Source: Octopus vulgaris | Lineage: Eukaryota | Direction of reading: 5' to 3' | Length of the DNA: 64,000 nucleotides | Assembly: GCA_951406725.2 (NCBI GenBank) | Contig: OX597830.1 | Span: 60,388,001-60,452,000 of the forward strand | In this document: positions 41,736 to 56,413 of the stretch, in pieces | How positions within the stretch are numbered: position 1 is the first letter of the stretch | How the letters are laid out: each line of letters begins with the position of its first letter | Made by a program: the position numbers and the translations under genes | The notes under the pieces: model-generated | The model's database searches: none | Told to the model about the DNA's origin: nothing | What the model saw: only the letters and a program-made list of their open reading frames with translations

Positions 41736-42126
41736 GATTTAGTATACATTTAATATCGCTACTCATTATTATCTTTAATTGTTGTTAGTGGTAATTTGTC
41801 CTTAATACTTATTTGTGATAAAATTAACATTAAACAGTAGAAACGGTGGGTTGCTGGATAAAATGTCCCACCATTTTACCTTTCATCTCTCGTGAGTCAA
41901 TAAAATAAGTGCCACTCATATAAACGAAATATATTTAAATTACCTTCAACCAGATGAAGAAATAGAATTCATTTTCCCTTTCGGGTGTCCAATATAGGTG
42001 CAGATGTTGTTCTGCTTCCTTAAGCTGTGGTCAACTTTGGATTGTTACCGGCGTTGGTCTTATATGCATCAGTTCAGTGGAGTCTAGGGTCACAGCTCCG
42101 ACCTCCATACCAGTAATAATAACGAC

Positions 42127-42191
<65 letters not shown>

Positions 42192-42223
42192 TGTTTCTTT
42201 ATTAACCACACAGGGCTGCACAC

Positions 42224-42315
<92 letters not shown>

Positions 42316-42418
42316 GGATAGATAGATACATACATACATACATACATACATACATACATACATACATACATACATACATACATACATACATACATACATA
42401 CATACATACATAGACATG

Positions 42419-42949
<531 letters not shown>

Positions 42950-43385
42950 GAGTAAAGAAAAAGCAGGGACGGAAATATAGATAAAAGTGTAATTAAGACA
43001 GAGAGATAAACGGTGAGTTTATGGTGGGAGGTGGGTGAATGGAGAGTGAGAGAACGAAAGTGAGAGATGGAGAATCGAGGACAAGGAGTTAAATATGGAG
43101 AGAAGGAAAAAGAGAAGTAAGATAAAGGGAAAGGTAGTGATGGAGAGTTAGACGTGAAGAAGACGTAGAGAAGAAAGAGTGATGAAGAAGAGATTGGGGG
43201 GAAGAGGAAGAGTGTGAAGACTGAGGCTGGTGAAGGCGCGATTATTGAATGAAGATTGTTGGAAGGGTGAGGGGAGAGTAGTAAAGGAGTTGGAGGGATT
43301 GAATAAATTTGAATTGAAAGGATGGCAACAAGAGAGAGAGGGAATGGAGGAAGGAACAGGAATAGAAAGGGAGGAGACGAGCGAA

Positions 43386-43417
<32 letters not shown>

Positions 43418-43748
43418 AATAAAAGTAGAGGCAGAAGAGAGAGAGAGAGAGAGAGGGAGGAAATAAAAGTAGAGGCAGAAGAGAGAGAGAGAGAGAGAGG
43501 GAGGAAATAAAAGTAGAGGCAGAAGAGAGAGAGAGATAGAAAAAGAGAAATGATAGAGCTAGAAGACAGAGAGGGTGAAAAGAGAAATAGATGAAAGAGA
43601 GCGAGTAAAATGTAGAAGGTGAAAAATGAAGGTTAATGAAGCAGAAGGGAAAAAGAAGGAAAGTTAGAGGTAGAAGAGAAAGGGAGTGAGAAGGAGAGGT
43701 TGGAGAAAGAAGGGGGGGGTGAGAGGTAATGATAGGAGAAAGAGTGTG

Positions 43749-43779
<31 letters not shown>

Positions 43780-44040
43780 AGGAGAGTGATGAAGGGTAAA
43801 GTGAAACGGTTGGGTAGAAGAGAGAGGGAGATTTTGAAGAAAATGAGTTTGAAAAAATAGGAGGGGGAGGAAATGGAGAAAATGATGAGTTTGAAGAGAT
43901 AATGGAAGGAAATCAAGGGGGAAATGAGAGGAAGGGGGAGGAGATAAGTTACTGAAGATATATAGAAAATATAAATAGGAAGTGAAGAGAAAGAAAGGAA
44001 TAAATGAAACATGAAATTCAAAAGAATAAAATGAGTAATG
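42950..44040. repeat. ~1.1-kb polypurine (GA-rich) tract including 3 copies of an ~42-bp unit (43418-43540)
   Basis: Almost no C on the + strand; unit aataaaagtagaggcagaa(ga)n. Confidence 0.85.
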
Positions 44041-44206
44041 TTAAGAAGAATATATATATAATAAGCCGAAATTGCCACGATAATCTGGTACTTGACTGAG
44101 GAAAGAAAACTTCGAATGACCCGTAATTGTTTTCTTTCTGGGTGTTTTGTTGTCCCGTTTTTGTATCACCTAACTGTCCGGATGCTTAGCGTTCTTTCCC
44201 ATTTTG

Positions 44207-44269
<63 letters not shown>

Positions 44270-46606
44270 AAGTTTTCGGGTATATAAAGTTTTGACTGAA
44301 GTCTACTCCCGGCAGCAGACAAAAAGTCATGCATTGGCAAATTAGGTCCTTCCCGCTAATTATCTTCAGCTCCGTGAACAGTAACATCTAAAAAAAATAC
44401 TTCTGAAAGGATCATATCAAACTTGTTGGCACAAAGACTCTGTTTGCTGACCCTCGTGTCCATCCGCCTCAACCTTACTGATGGACAACATGCTATTAGA
44501 ACCCCCAAACTAGATACAAATGCTCGTCCTCGCATTTTGTTCAATCTAAACCGTTAAAGAACGACAGCTCCCACTTTTGAGAGGATACTGCTGAGCTGAT
44601 ATACATAGAGGTGTCTTAGAATGTATTTAGAAAAAGCCAACCAGCTGATTTGCATGGAATCGCTCACCAACACACTACAACCCCCGATCCATAGACGCGA
44701 TGGTTCCTCTCTCTGCTGCAACTACAGTGGACTCTTCAGAACTGGCAGATCTCGAGACACATCTGTTTGATATTCCCTTACTCACCAATATACCCGAAAC
44801 ATACCCACCTCCGTAATTCCTCCGCGACCATGATTTTCTCCTGCAGTGGCTGACTTCGAGTTATCCAAAAACACCAGCTGCATCGATCTTACCAATCCGG
44901 GACGGACTCTGGAAGCCATCAGCGTAATTCTTCTCTTACAGAAAAACTATTAAAAAAGAAAGGAAAGTAATTGAGTCAATGAGGAGACTGCTGAGAGTCG
45001 AACCCTTGCATACACCCATCTTAGGAAGTTAATCTATCAGCTGACATGTCGCCTCATATTTTCTCCATTAGGTCTTGGAATCCCACTCTCCTGATAATTG
45101 GATTTCAAACCGCTCATTGAATGTCACTGACCTTTTGCAGATGTTAACTGCAAGCCACGCGCTTTGTTTTTGGATTCTCTTTCTGCAACACGTAGACTCT
45201 CTCACGATTCCTTTTTGTCAATGACTGTCGAATGGCCTTACTTATTGTCCCATATTAGTACAGAAACGAAATCTACAATTCTTCTCTCATCCCAGTTATC
45301 TTACACATACTTCTTTCCATCTTTTCTAACTATGGCGTTCGCACTTTAACCAAGATCCGCTTTCTCCATCATGCTTCTCTTTCAATTGGAAGACCTTGGC
45401 AAAACCCTTACTACAGCTAGGTTCATCAAGGATACTGAATGTCCCAACAACCAGCAGTTATAAAACTACATCTCATCCTGTGTTAAGGACTTTCTATCTC
45501 AACTCAGCCGTCTCTTGTTGCTAAGATCCATGTCAGCTCTGATTGAGAAAATTATGATTAAATGTATTTAAAATATGAATATCCTGTCTTTTTCCAGGCG
45601 AGTTCATCCAAGACTACACTGTTCTGGTTCGTTTCCCATTAAGACAGTAAAGTGTAATTTGAAAGACGTTTGGCTATTATTTCTTGCAAGTCGAGCCACC
45701 GCGGCGTCACGGTTACTGGTTCTCTTGTCATCATCATAACTATGTTACTCCTTCATTGTAAAGGTACCGTGTATTTCGTCCCTCCAACTGCACCGTCTTA
45801 TCCATTCGTTAACCTGTGTCGCACACCAAAACAGACACCGATGTCTGTTTCATCTCTTGTTCAATCAGGGTATGTGCTTCATTAGAGTGATTGATCACTG
45901 TTTTTCTCAAGCTTGACATTGTACGTTAAAGTTACACAGTATCCATGAACCTTCAAGACATCTCCATCGAGGACATGAAAATGAAATTTCCATCTACATC
46001 GGCAACAACTAATCATTATACATACCAAAAGAACAACCTCACACTACACTTACCTCAGCTAAATCATCACAGCTAAAACCCTCAAAATCGCTACCCCTGC
46101 TAGGTTCGACAATCTCGGAACATTTCACTTGACTTTACATTTATAAAATCTAACCAGCAACCTGACTACGAAGCGATGCATCCGATTCTTTTACTGTTAG
46201 TCCTTCTGCATCTCGTCAACCAATAATTCGTTTAAACCTTTCTCGCCAGAACTTCATTCACAACTTTCGCCGGATCTCGTTTACGTTATGACAGAAACTG
46301 GGCGTGCAGGTCCTTTGCATACATGCATTTTTATGTGTGCCTATGTCTATGTCCATTTGTGTGTTTATGTTTGTTTCGATCTAAAAACCGCTGCCAATAT
46401 TGTTATGTCTTGTTATATTCCATAATTTACTGTTTCGTCAAATATAAAATAATCACCAGGGTGAGATGAATATTTATGGCGATATGATCGACTAAAGACA
46501 GTGCTCCAGCAGAGCCACTGTCCAACGATTCAACCAAGAAGAAGACTAAAAGAAACAAAAGTATGCAGAGGGTAGTGTAGCAAGTACAGTGATTGGATGG
46601 CACTAT

Positions 46607-46842
46607 CTTTTTATCGTTTATTTGTTTCAACCATTGGACTGCGGCCATGCTGGGGCACCGCACTGAAGGGCTTGGCCGAACAAATCAGCTCCAGCAATTA
46701 TTATATTTTTTTAATTACACATTTGTCGAACATGCTAAGCGACGGGAACGTAAACAAACTCCTGTTGTTAAGTGGTTGTTGGCGGTGGGGGAGTGATTTC
46801 AAGCACATAGTCTCACACACACACACATACACATACACACAC

Positions 46843-46901
<59 letters not shown>

Positions 46902-47023
46902 ATGAAATTCACTCCAAAGGAATTGGTCAGCGCGCAGCTATAGTAGAAGACACTTGTCCAAGGTGCCGCGAAGTGGTACTGAACCAGAAACCGCATAGTT
47001 CCAAGGCATGCCATGCCTGCGCC
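46607..47023 (-). mobile_element. SINE family A, diverged, internal (CA)n
   Basis: Tail, body and head motifs on the minus strand. Confidence 0.75.
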
Positions 47024-47047
47024 TTCGCTTGTATAGAATTTCATATA

Positions 47048-47282
47048 AATGGTGGCGAGCTGGCAGAATCGTTAGCGCGCAGGGCGAAATGCTTAGCGGT
47101 ATTTCGTCCCTCTTTCCGTTCTGTGTTCAAATTCCGCCGAGGTTGACTTTACCTTTCATCCTTTCGGGGTCGATAAATTAAGTACCAGTTACGCACTGGG
47201 GTCGATCTAATCGACTTAAATCCGTTTGTCTGTCCTTGTTTGTCCTCTCCATGTTTAGCCCCTTGTGGGCAATAAAGAAATA
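47048..47282 (+). mobile_element. Full-length SINE family B with 13-bp TSD
   Basis: TSD agaatttcatata at 47035-47047 and 47283-47295. Confidence 0.92.
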
Positions 47283-48105
47283 AGAATTTCATATAGATAG
47301 GCTAAAAAGTAAGGGAATCTTGTTCTAAATATGTAGAAACCACGGCAATGATTTCAGTTGGTTCATTCGTTCAGGTGATACATCAGAGTCATTGGCTACA
47401 ATATTGAACACGCCCAGTTTCACTCCAACGCCCCACGTACCCCAAAAAGAAAACCAAGATAAATGGGCCCCAATGATACCCCTTAAATGTGCAGTGATTT
47501 TACAGCCAATTGGTATTGAATTCGAATCATCCACAAGTTAAATGCAGTTTTCCGTCAAGGACTCTTCTTTAATTAATATCATTGTACCAGCTTCACACCA
47601 CCAGATTAATAAAAGGATCTTACCCACGTCATCCATTCAAGTGGTCTCCACCACCACCAAGACCATCATCATCATCATCAGTAACATGCTACCAGCCTCC
47701 AACATCACTCCACTACCACTACCACCACCTTCCCTGCCTCCTATACTTCCAGCCGTCTCGTTTTCTGTCTCCCCGTTTCGTCAATATATGCATACATTTA
47801 CTCATCTGTGCGTTTGTGTCAATATATTTGAGTATGCATGTTTCATGAGAGAGTGTGTGCTTGTGCGTGTGCGTGTGAGTGTGTGTGTGTGTGAGTGTGT
47901 GTGTGTGTGCGGATACGTGTTTGTGTGCGCGTGTGTGTGTGTCGGAATGCTTGTGTGTATGTGGGTGAGTATGGTATATCGGTTACATAAGCGTACTTAT
48001 ACATTCACTTAGGTTTGCGTCTTTGAGTGTATATGTATATGTGATGCGTGAGTGCATATGTATATATGTATATATTTGTATGTATATATGTGTGTGTGTG
48101 TGTGC

Positions 48106-48175
<70 letters not shown>

Positions 48176-48340
48176 GTGTACATATATACATATAGAATAT
48201 ATGTATACACACATACATTCCTATATACACATATATATGTGTATATATAAATATATATATGCATATATATATATATACATTTTATCTATATATCTGTGTA
48301 TCTATAAATATGTACGTACATATACAATATATACATTCAT

Positions 48341-48382
<42 letters not shown>

Positions 48383-48431
48383 CATATTTATGTGTATATA
48401 TTTGAGTTATGTTTCGGGAATATATATATAC

Positions 48432-48462
<31 letters not shown>

Positions 48463-48522
48463 CATAACACACACACATACATATATATATATACATATGC
48501 ACGCACACACACAAACACACAC

Positions 48523-48571
<49 letters not shown>

Positions 48572-48638
48572 TTTACTAATGTGTGTGTGTGTGTGTTTCG
48601 TTATAAATGTACATGAGTAGGTGTTTGCCTGTGCATAC

Positions 48639-48683
<45 letters not shown>

Positions 48684-48862
48684 CCATCTCGTCGTGGCAC
48701 AGTGGTTGCTCTCCTCATCCTACACCCCCACCTCTCTACGCAACCTCCTCCAATCACCTATCAACATTCCTCAATTATCCGTAATTCTCTGTTAACGATC
48801 ATCCTCATCCCACGTTCTACACACCTACACACCTCTACCCTGCTATTCACACACACACACAC

Positions 48863-48901
<39 letters not shown>

Positions 48902-48999
48902 TGCACATACAAACAGATTAACCCAGTCACGCACACACAGACCGACAAACCGATATACACTCTGTCTCTCTCTTTCTCTTTCTTTCTTTTTCTCTCTCG

Positions 49000-49057
<58 letters not shown>

Positions 49058-49205
49058 GTAGACAGAGCGGGATATACTCACATTTAGTCAATTAAGTAAC
49101 ACTGAGAACGGAACGTACACATGCATACACACACACAGACAGTCTGATATTCAAAGGTACATATACATACACATAAACAGTATATACTCTCATACAGCTA
49201 GTCCA

Positions 49206-49245
<40 letters not shown>

Positions 49246-50693
49246 CACACACATACACACACACACACGCACACGCACACACACACACACATGGGTGTAC
49301 AGACACAAAGACGTACACAACACTAAACATGCATAACTACACACATACACAACCAAAACCAGTCTCACCGCCGCCGCCGCCGCTGCGAGTCCCCACCCTC
49401 GCCGTCGCCATACCATTTTCTGTTAAAAATGGTCTCATCTCGTTACAAAACCCCCACCCTCCTCCTGCCCCACCCTCTTCACCTCTGTCTCCACTTCCTT
49501 TCCACACCGCCGCATTGACTACCACCACCACCACCACCACCTACCACTGTTAAAGCCATGCCACCACCATGCTAGCACCCAAACTGCCAACACCTCACTG
49601 TTATGTAACGAACCACCTTCATCCCCCACCGCTATCACCACTACCACACAACAAAACAACATCAACAACAATATCATCCTCTTCCTCCTCATCCTCCTCC
49701 TCCTCATCCTCTTCCTCTTCATCCTCCCACCCGCCTCACATACACCTGATGCTGCTACCCAATCCTGTTTCCGCGCTTGTCTACCAGACACAGACACTAC
49801 CTCCACTACCACCCACGCCACCAATCCTACGACTGCCACCACTACCACAACTACTACTGCCTTACCAGACGCCATACTATATACATAACCGTTATACATC
49901 ATTACCTCCACCACCACCACCACCACCACCACAACACACTGCCATACACCAAACTACTATCACCATAACATACCATATAACAACACTTTCACCACCCCCA
50001 CCACCATCACCACCACCACCATCACCACCGCCACAACACACTGCCATACACACAGACACTTTCGTCATATATCATTCCTACCACCACCACCACCACCACC
50101 GCCGCCACCGCCATTTTACACGCCATACAACAACACTTCCATCACCGCCACTACCGCCAAAACACCCGCATCAAACAGACATTACCTCCTACTATACCAC
50201 CTCCACCACCACCACCAACCACCACTACCGCCATTACCAACGGAGAGACCTCTTCAGTCTCTTTTAATCTGCTAGAAATAGCAATCGAATTTCCCTTGAA
50301 TTACATACTAGCGTTTAGAGAAGGAAGTAATATATTATGTAATTCAGTCATGCATAATCTCAAATCGATGGAATGGCCACGATTGGAGAACTATTAGTTT
50401 ACAAATCAACAAAAAGTAACAAAAATAATTTATTCCCCACCATCACCTTTAACCTACACCCACACACCATTACCTTTCACCACCACCACCATCTCCTCCT
50501 CCTCCACCACCACTACCACCACCACCACCATCGCCGCCATTACCTGCACGTCTTCCATCGCCATTGTTGTAATACACTGGCGCCACCAAGCTCGAAACGT
50601 ACTACCATTGCGGTCATACCATGCCATCACTAAGAGTCAACAAGTTGACTAGTGACAGAGATAGCAGCCAAATCACCCTCAAATCACACTTTA

Positions 50694-50915
50694 ATATTGG
50701 TTTCAAATTTCGGCACAAGGCCAGCAATTGTGGGGGAACGCAGTCAAATCAATTACATCGACCCCCAGTACTCAATTGGTACTTATTTTATCGACTCCGA
50801 AAGGATAAAAGGCAAGGTCGACCTCGGCGGAATTCCAACTCAGAATGTAAACGTCGGACGAAATGCCGCTAAGCATTTTGTCCGGCGTGCTAACAATTCT
50901 GCCAGCTCGCAGCCT
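50694..50915 (-). mobile_element. SINE family B nested in a family D repeat
   Basis: B motifs; family D sequence continues on both sides. Confidence 0.8.
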
Positions 50916-51293
50916 CACATCATATTCTAATATTAAAAAAGAAAAAGAAAAAGGAAGGACACACTTGATAATGTAGTACTTCCTGGATACACCAAAAAGG
51001 CGAGATGGCCACATCCGGATTACTCCATCGAAGTTGTCCTGGGGCTAAAGAACAACAACAACAACAAAATACCCATCTTTATCACTAACGACTATAACAC
51101 ACCACCACCACTACTACTACTACTACTACTGCTGCTCTTGCTGCTACTACTACAACTGCTACTACTACTACTACTACTGCTACTACTACTACTATAACTG
51201 CTACTACTACTGCTACTACTACTACTGCTACTACTACTACTACTACTACTGCTACTACTACTACTACTATTGCTACTACTACTACTACTACAG

Positions 51294-51345
<52 letters not shown>

Positions 51346-52782
51346 CGTCGCTACCACAGTCGCATCGCCATATTACGACATTGTTGTTACCGCTTCCACG
51401 TCACCACTACCGCCACAACCCAACACCCTAAACTATCACCAACACTGCATCAACCAAAAGAGAAAAAAAAAAACAAGGCCAGCACCACCATTGCCTCCCC
51501 TACCAACACCACCATGCCGCCATTACAGCAACACAGTATCACCACCACAATGCCACCACCAACACCATCCCACCAATTCTACCATGCCATTACTATCATC
51601 ATCACAACTAGCATCACCACCACCATCAAAATACCAAAACTATTATTATTACCACTACCTAACCACTAACACACACACACTACCACACACTACAACACTG
51701 CTACTACCACCGAACATCGTTTGCCACCACCGCTACCACCACACAAACACAGCCTCATCCGCTATATCACCACCACCACCACACCACCACCACCACCACC
51801 ACCCCACCGCCACCACCACCCCACCGCCGCCGCCGCCGCCGCCGATCCGCCAACAGCAGCATGTGAAATGCAGTACATGCTGTTCTATAATGTCTACGCT
51901 AGTTCTGCTGCACTCTAAAAGTGCATTGTGCTACAGTTGGTCTGCATTACAGCAGCAGCACCACAACTTTAACCCTGCGATTCTCGTCTTCTACCTCCAC
52001 TCTGATGCTGCTATTGAGGCTGCTGCTGCTACTGCTAATGGTGCTGCTAATGCTGCTGCTATTGCTGCTGTTGTTGCTACTGGTTACAGCTGCAGTTAAC
52101 ACCACTGTATTGACTGGCTCATGGCAGTTCTGACGTTCTTCTGAGGGCGGATATGATACTCCGGGTGGTGGTGGTGGTGGTGGTGGTGGTGGCGGTGGCG
52201 GCGGTGGTGGTTGTGGTGGTGGTGGTGGTGGTGGTGGTGGTGGTGGTGGTGATGGTGGTGGTGGTGATGGTGGTGGCGGTGGCACGGTGGTGGTTGTGGT
52301 GGTGGTGGTGGCGACGGTGGTGGTGGTGGCGACGGTGGCGACGATGATGGTGATAGTGATGGTGGTAGAATGGTGGAACTGCTGCATTTGGTGCTGATTT
52401 TGTGGTAGTAGTGGCGATGATGGTTGTGGAAGTGGTAGGTGCAGCGGTGATGGCGGTGGTGGCGGCGGTGGCGGCGGTAGCAGCGGTGGCGATGGTGATG
52501 GTGATGCCGGCGGTGGCAGCGGTGGCGATGGTGATGGTGGTGGTGGTTTGGGAGTGAGGAGGTGGGGTGAAGGCGGTAGTGAAGACGGTGATGGTGTTGG
52601 TGGTAGTTGCAGTGGTAGTGATGACGATGATACAGATGCTGATGGATGGTGCTGATAGCATTGCTGTGTTGTCAGTGGTGCTTTGTGGCACTGGGGCCGC
52701 AGATGGTTGCGGTGGTATATGCGTAAATATGTATTGGTGCCACTACATTCATCTATGGGTAATCCTGCTTGTTATATATATG

Positions 52783-52843
<61 letters not shown>

Positions 52844-54959
52844 GTATGTATATATGTACGTATATATGTAGGTTCATACATACATACATAATGTTCTTAG
52901 ATGGGTTGGTGTGTGACTGTTATCTCATCCTTAGTCAATGCCAATTCAGATAATTTAAAAAATGATTTACGTAACGATGAATACAAAAACGAAAACCTTT
53001 ATCCATTAAAATATCCCGGTTCGGTGCAGAAAATGCAACAAAAACTTAGCGACTAAAGTAAACGACACCCATTGAGAAGGGAGATAATTACAAAAGATTC
53101 AAAACGTTAACTTATCAAATTTAATTACAAACTTAATGTAAGGAAGGTCTGGTCGCTTCTTAGGAATATCTCAAAACATATTTTAATCAGTTAGGCCCTA
53201 CTGAATCGAATCTATACCATTTGACTTATCTTCCCTAGATCTTTGAATGTTGTTGTTTTAATCGGGCTTACTATACTGGTTAAAAATAATTTGTTACTCT
53301 TTGACTATTTGCCAAATCGTTTGTCATCTTATCAAGTGGGCTTAATAGTTATCCATGGGCTAGTGGCGTGTTTACACACGTATTATCAATAAGGAGAGTT
53401 TCTTCTCTCGAGACTATCTGGGCAGCGAATTATCTTTCAGTATACACGAACATGCTAAATACGATCGTGCATAAATATTTCTCATCCAACCCTCCTTTGT
53501 ATACCCCTAATTAATTTATTCCAGCTTGACAAATATTCTCACACATCAGCAAATGTATCGTAAGAGCAATTGGTTCTCAATCACCATAAACGATGGTCTG
53601 AAACACTTAGATGATGAAATACCAAACATGTCTATTTTCCACTCGGGACATTCCTTGGTTTCTCGAAGAACTGTTAACTACTATCTTCGATTGAGGATAT
53701 TCCATATTTCTGTATTTTCTTATTTCTCTCTCTCTCTCTCCGATGACGGAAACTTAACCGTAGTGGAATTCGTCACTCAGTAACATATGATCCGTTTGCT
53801 TAGCTTTTCTAGAAACAGCTGTAGAAGACTTTACGTATTATTACAACTACTCTGGACTATGTTTATATTATAAATTAAATGTTCTAGAATGATACCAAAT
53901 GTTTTGCTTGTTCGTTGTCTGTTTTAATGTATACACACACACAAAGAGATATATGAGGGGTATTTTTATAATTCTTACCAATCCCATGGTTTCAGTACCT
54001 TGCTTACAGACTCTGCACTGTCTCCTCTGCCCTCCGGCGTGTCTTATTCCTCTTTTATTTTCTCTTTTCATGTTCCTGTTCTACCTGGTCATTTTGCATT
54101 TTTACTTCAGTTAATTCCTTTGACATCGCCTCCACTACTTCTCTGACCTTGCTCTTAATACGAACTTTCCCTCTCCCTTTGCTTCTCCCCTCATCGCTCC
54201 TCCCCCACACTACCCTTACACTACCTTTTCAAGTCTTTCTTTTAAACTCACTTGTCTGTGACCCCAGTAATACAACCGCTATAGAGCGACCAGTAACCGA
54301 ATATGGAATTTTTCAGTCTTCACAGCAAATTATTTCACTGTAAGTGATTTTCTCCGAGAAAAAAGGTCGTGATATCAATCCATCCCGAGTTACAAGTATA
54401 CTGAAAATTTGGCGGTTCAGGAGAAGGATGCAGCAAAAAAGTGCCTCGAGTTTAGAGAAATAACAGGCTGCAACGAGACTAATAGAAAGAGACTAGACTC
54501 AGTGATTGGGTGGTCAAACGCAAAAAGGAAAATAGAGACAATACAGTGAGTGGGGAGAGGGTGCCAAAGGTATCAAGAAAGTAGTCTAGTAGAGCTAATA
54601 AGGAATGATGGATGACGGGGAGGAGTTCATTCCTAAAAAGTCTTAGCTGGAACGACATAAGACATGTGGAACCTTTTAAGATCAGCTTCGTCCACATTTC
54701 TGTGTATAACCTCTTGCTTTCAACTACCGACCTGAAGAAGACGTGGGCAGGGGGCTCGATAAACCTGTAAACCCAATCTGACAAGGCAAACAAACAATGT
54801 AGCATGTCCTGAATTCATTGTAGGTTACACTAGTCCAAGAGAGGTACATATGAAGGCACAATGAAATGCTTAAATAGGCCGTAGATGCGATTTGACATTA
54901 GAAGCTCCACCAGTGTTTTACTTGTTAAAAATCATTTGAGTCCTGGAACTGTTCCACCA

Positions 54960-55330
54960 ATAAATTATGGAAACAATGTAACAAATAGCTGGGATTGGTA
55001 TGAGATATTGTACTCACCTCACTTTCAACTAGCTGGGATTGGTATGAGATATTGTACTCACCTCACTTTCAACAAAACAAATGATTCTGATTGAACTCAC
55101 TGTGCCGAATAAAGGTTGAATGAAGGAAGCCCACATTTACAAGACTAAGAAGTGAGCCAGTTTAGACGTCAACGTGAAAAAACATTGCTTCCAGACCAAA
55201 GTCCTCACCACATATGTGAGTCTTGAGTGGGTCTTAGATAAATCTATCTATGATTTTGTGAAATCACAAACACTAGCACAAAATGCAGCAGAAAAGAGGT
55301 ATCCAGGTGTCATGATCTAAATGCAGTTTG
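54960..55330 (+). mobile_element. Decayed Hero/NeSL-like RLE LINE C-terminal fragment
   Basis: DIVLTSLSTKQMILIELTVPNKG*MKEAHIYKTKK* (from ~55048) matches the RLE pattern RPDIVL.S...KQ...IELTVPWE....EA...K..KY. Confidence 0.7.
54986..55073. repeat. Perfect 2 x 44-bp tandem duplication
   Basis: tagctgggattggtatgagatattgtactcacctcactttcaac at 54986-55029 and 55030-55073. Confidence 0.95.
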
Positions 55331-55525
55331 GACCCCGTTACAGAGTAAGAAGTTAAGGGCCGAAATACTTACATAAAGGAGACTTATTGTTGCTCAACCC
55401 GACCTAAAGTTTCTTATGATCTATCTTCAAAGGTTTATGGATAGTTGTTGGACGCCCATCAACCAATTTCTATATATATATACACATATTGCGACGCCCA
55501 TCAATACCAATTTCCTATATATAAC

Positions 55526-55587
<62 letters not shown>

Positions 55588-55707
55588 ATATAGACATACA
55601 TACAGAGAGAGATAGAGACATACACACATACAGAGAGAGAGAGATACATACATACATACATACATACATACATACATACATACATACATACATACATACA
55701 TACATAC

Positions 55708-55930
55708 ATGGTAGTTGTCCCCTCCTTATGCAGAGTTTGACCATCATGGCGTCTGATGTGGCTTTTTAAAGCAGACAATGTTCAGAAAAGACACCCACAT
55801 AGATTGCATATCCGATTTGGAACACTAAGAATGGTAGTTAAGTTCTGATCTTTGTGGATCTTAAAATGTCTTTTGAGGCCTCCATTAGATTTGCAGACTT
55901 TATGGCATACATGGCACTGACAGGTGTGCA
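55708..55930 (-). pseudogene. Two C2H2 zinc-finger motifs, probably the 3' end of an RTE-like LINE
   Basis: CHVCHKVCKSNGGLKRHFKIH and CNLCGCLF*TLSALKSHIRRH (C-x2-C-x12-H-x3-H); no TGEKP linker; short UTR followed by (ATGT)n. Confidence 0.55.
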
Positions 55931-56013
55931 CAGATAGATAGGTAGAGTAGTTGGTGGAGGTTCGTTTTTCATGGGTCCACAAATGAGATTTTAGCCCAGC
56001 AAAAGAAAGTCAT

Positions 56014-56341
56014 GTGCATAACTGTGACTTTGAACAGATTGATCACTCTTCATTTACTCCTGATTCGACCCCATCCGACTATCATCTGCTACCCAACATG
56101 AATAAACACTTGGCTGGCAACTGGTATCACCGTGATGATGAAGTCATGTCTGCTGTTGATGACTTTTTTTTTACCAACAGGACGAAAGCTTCTTCACCAA
56201 CGGGATCCAAGTATTGTAACACCGACGGAAGAAGTGTATGGAACGCAAGGGATACTATGTTGAAAAATAAACCTCGTTTGGTCACATCTCATGAGAATAT
56301 ATTGGTCAGTCTATGAACTTTTCAACCGACTCTCAAACGTA
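56014..56341 (+). mobile_element. Mariner transposase C-terminal fragment with right end
   Basis: EQIDHSSFTPDSTPSDYHLLPNMNKHLAG..Y..DDEVMSAVDDFF then, after a frameshift, GIQ.L..R.KKC....GYYVEK*. Confidence 0.85.
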
Positions 56342-56413
56342 CATACATACATATATACATACATACATACATACATACATACATACATACATACATACAT
56401 TCACACACATACA

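Noticed and set aside
44340-46300. Possible highly decayed CR1/L2-like LINE
   Set aside because: Only vague motif hints; could not be supported by eye.
51921-51950. miR-33-like start GTGCATTGT
   Set aside because: Only 9 nt match and no pre-miRNA hairpin.
49569-52691. Pro/His/Thr-rich ORFs on both strands
   Set aside because: Derived from CCA/GGT cryptic repeats; no domain or convincing splice structure.
55008-55065. Duplicated strong splice donor (GAG|GTGAGTA on the - strand)
   Set aside because: Lies inside a + strand RLE LINE fossil; probably coincidental.
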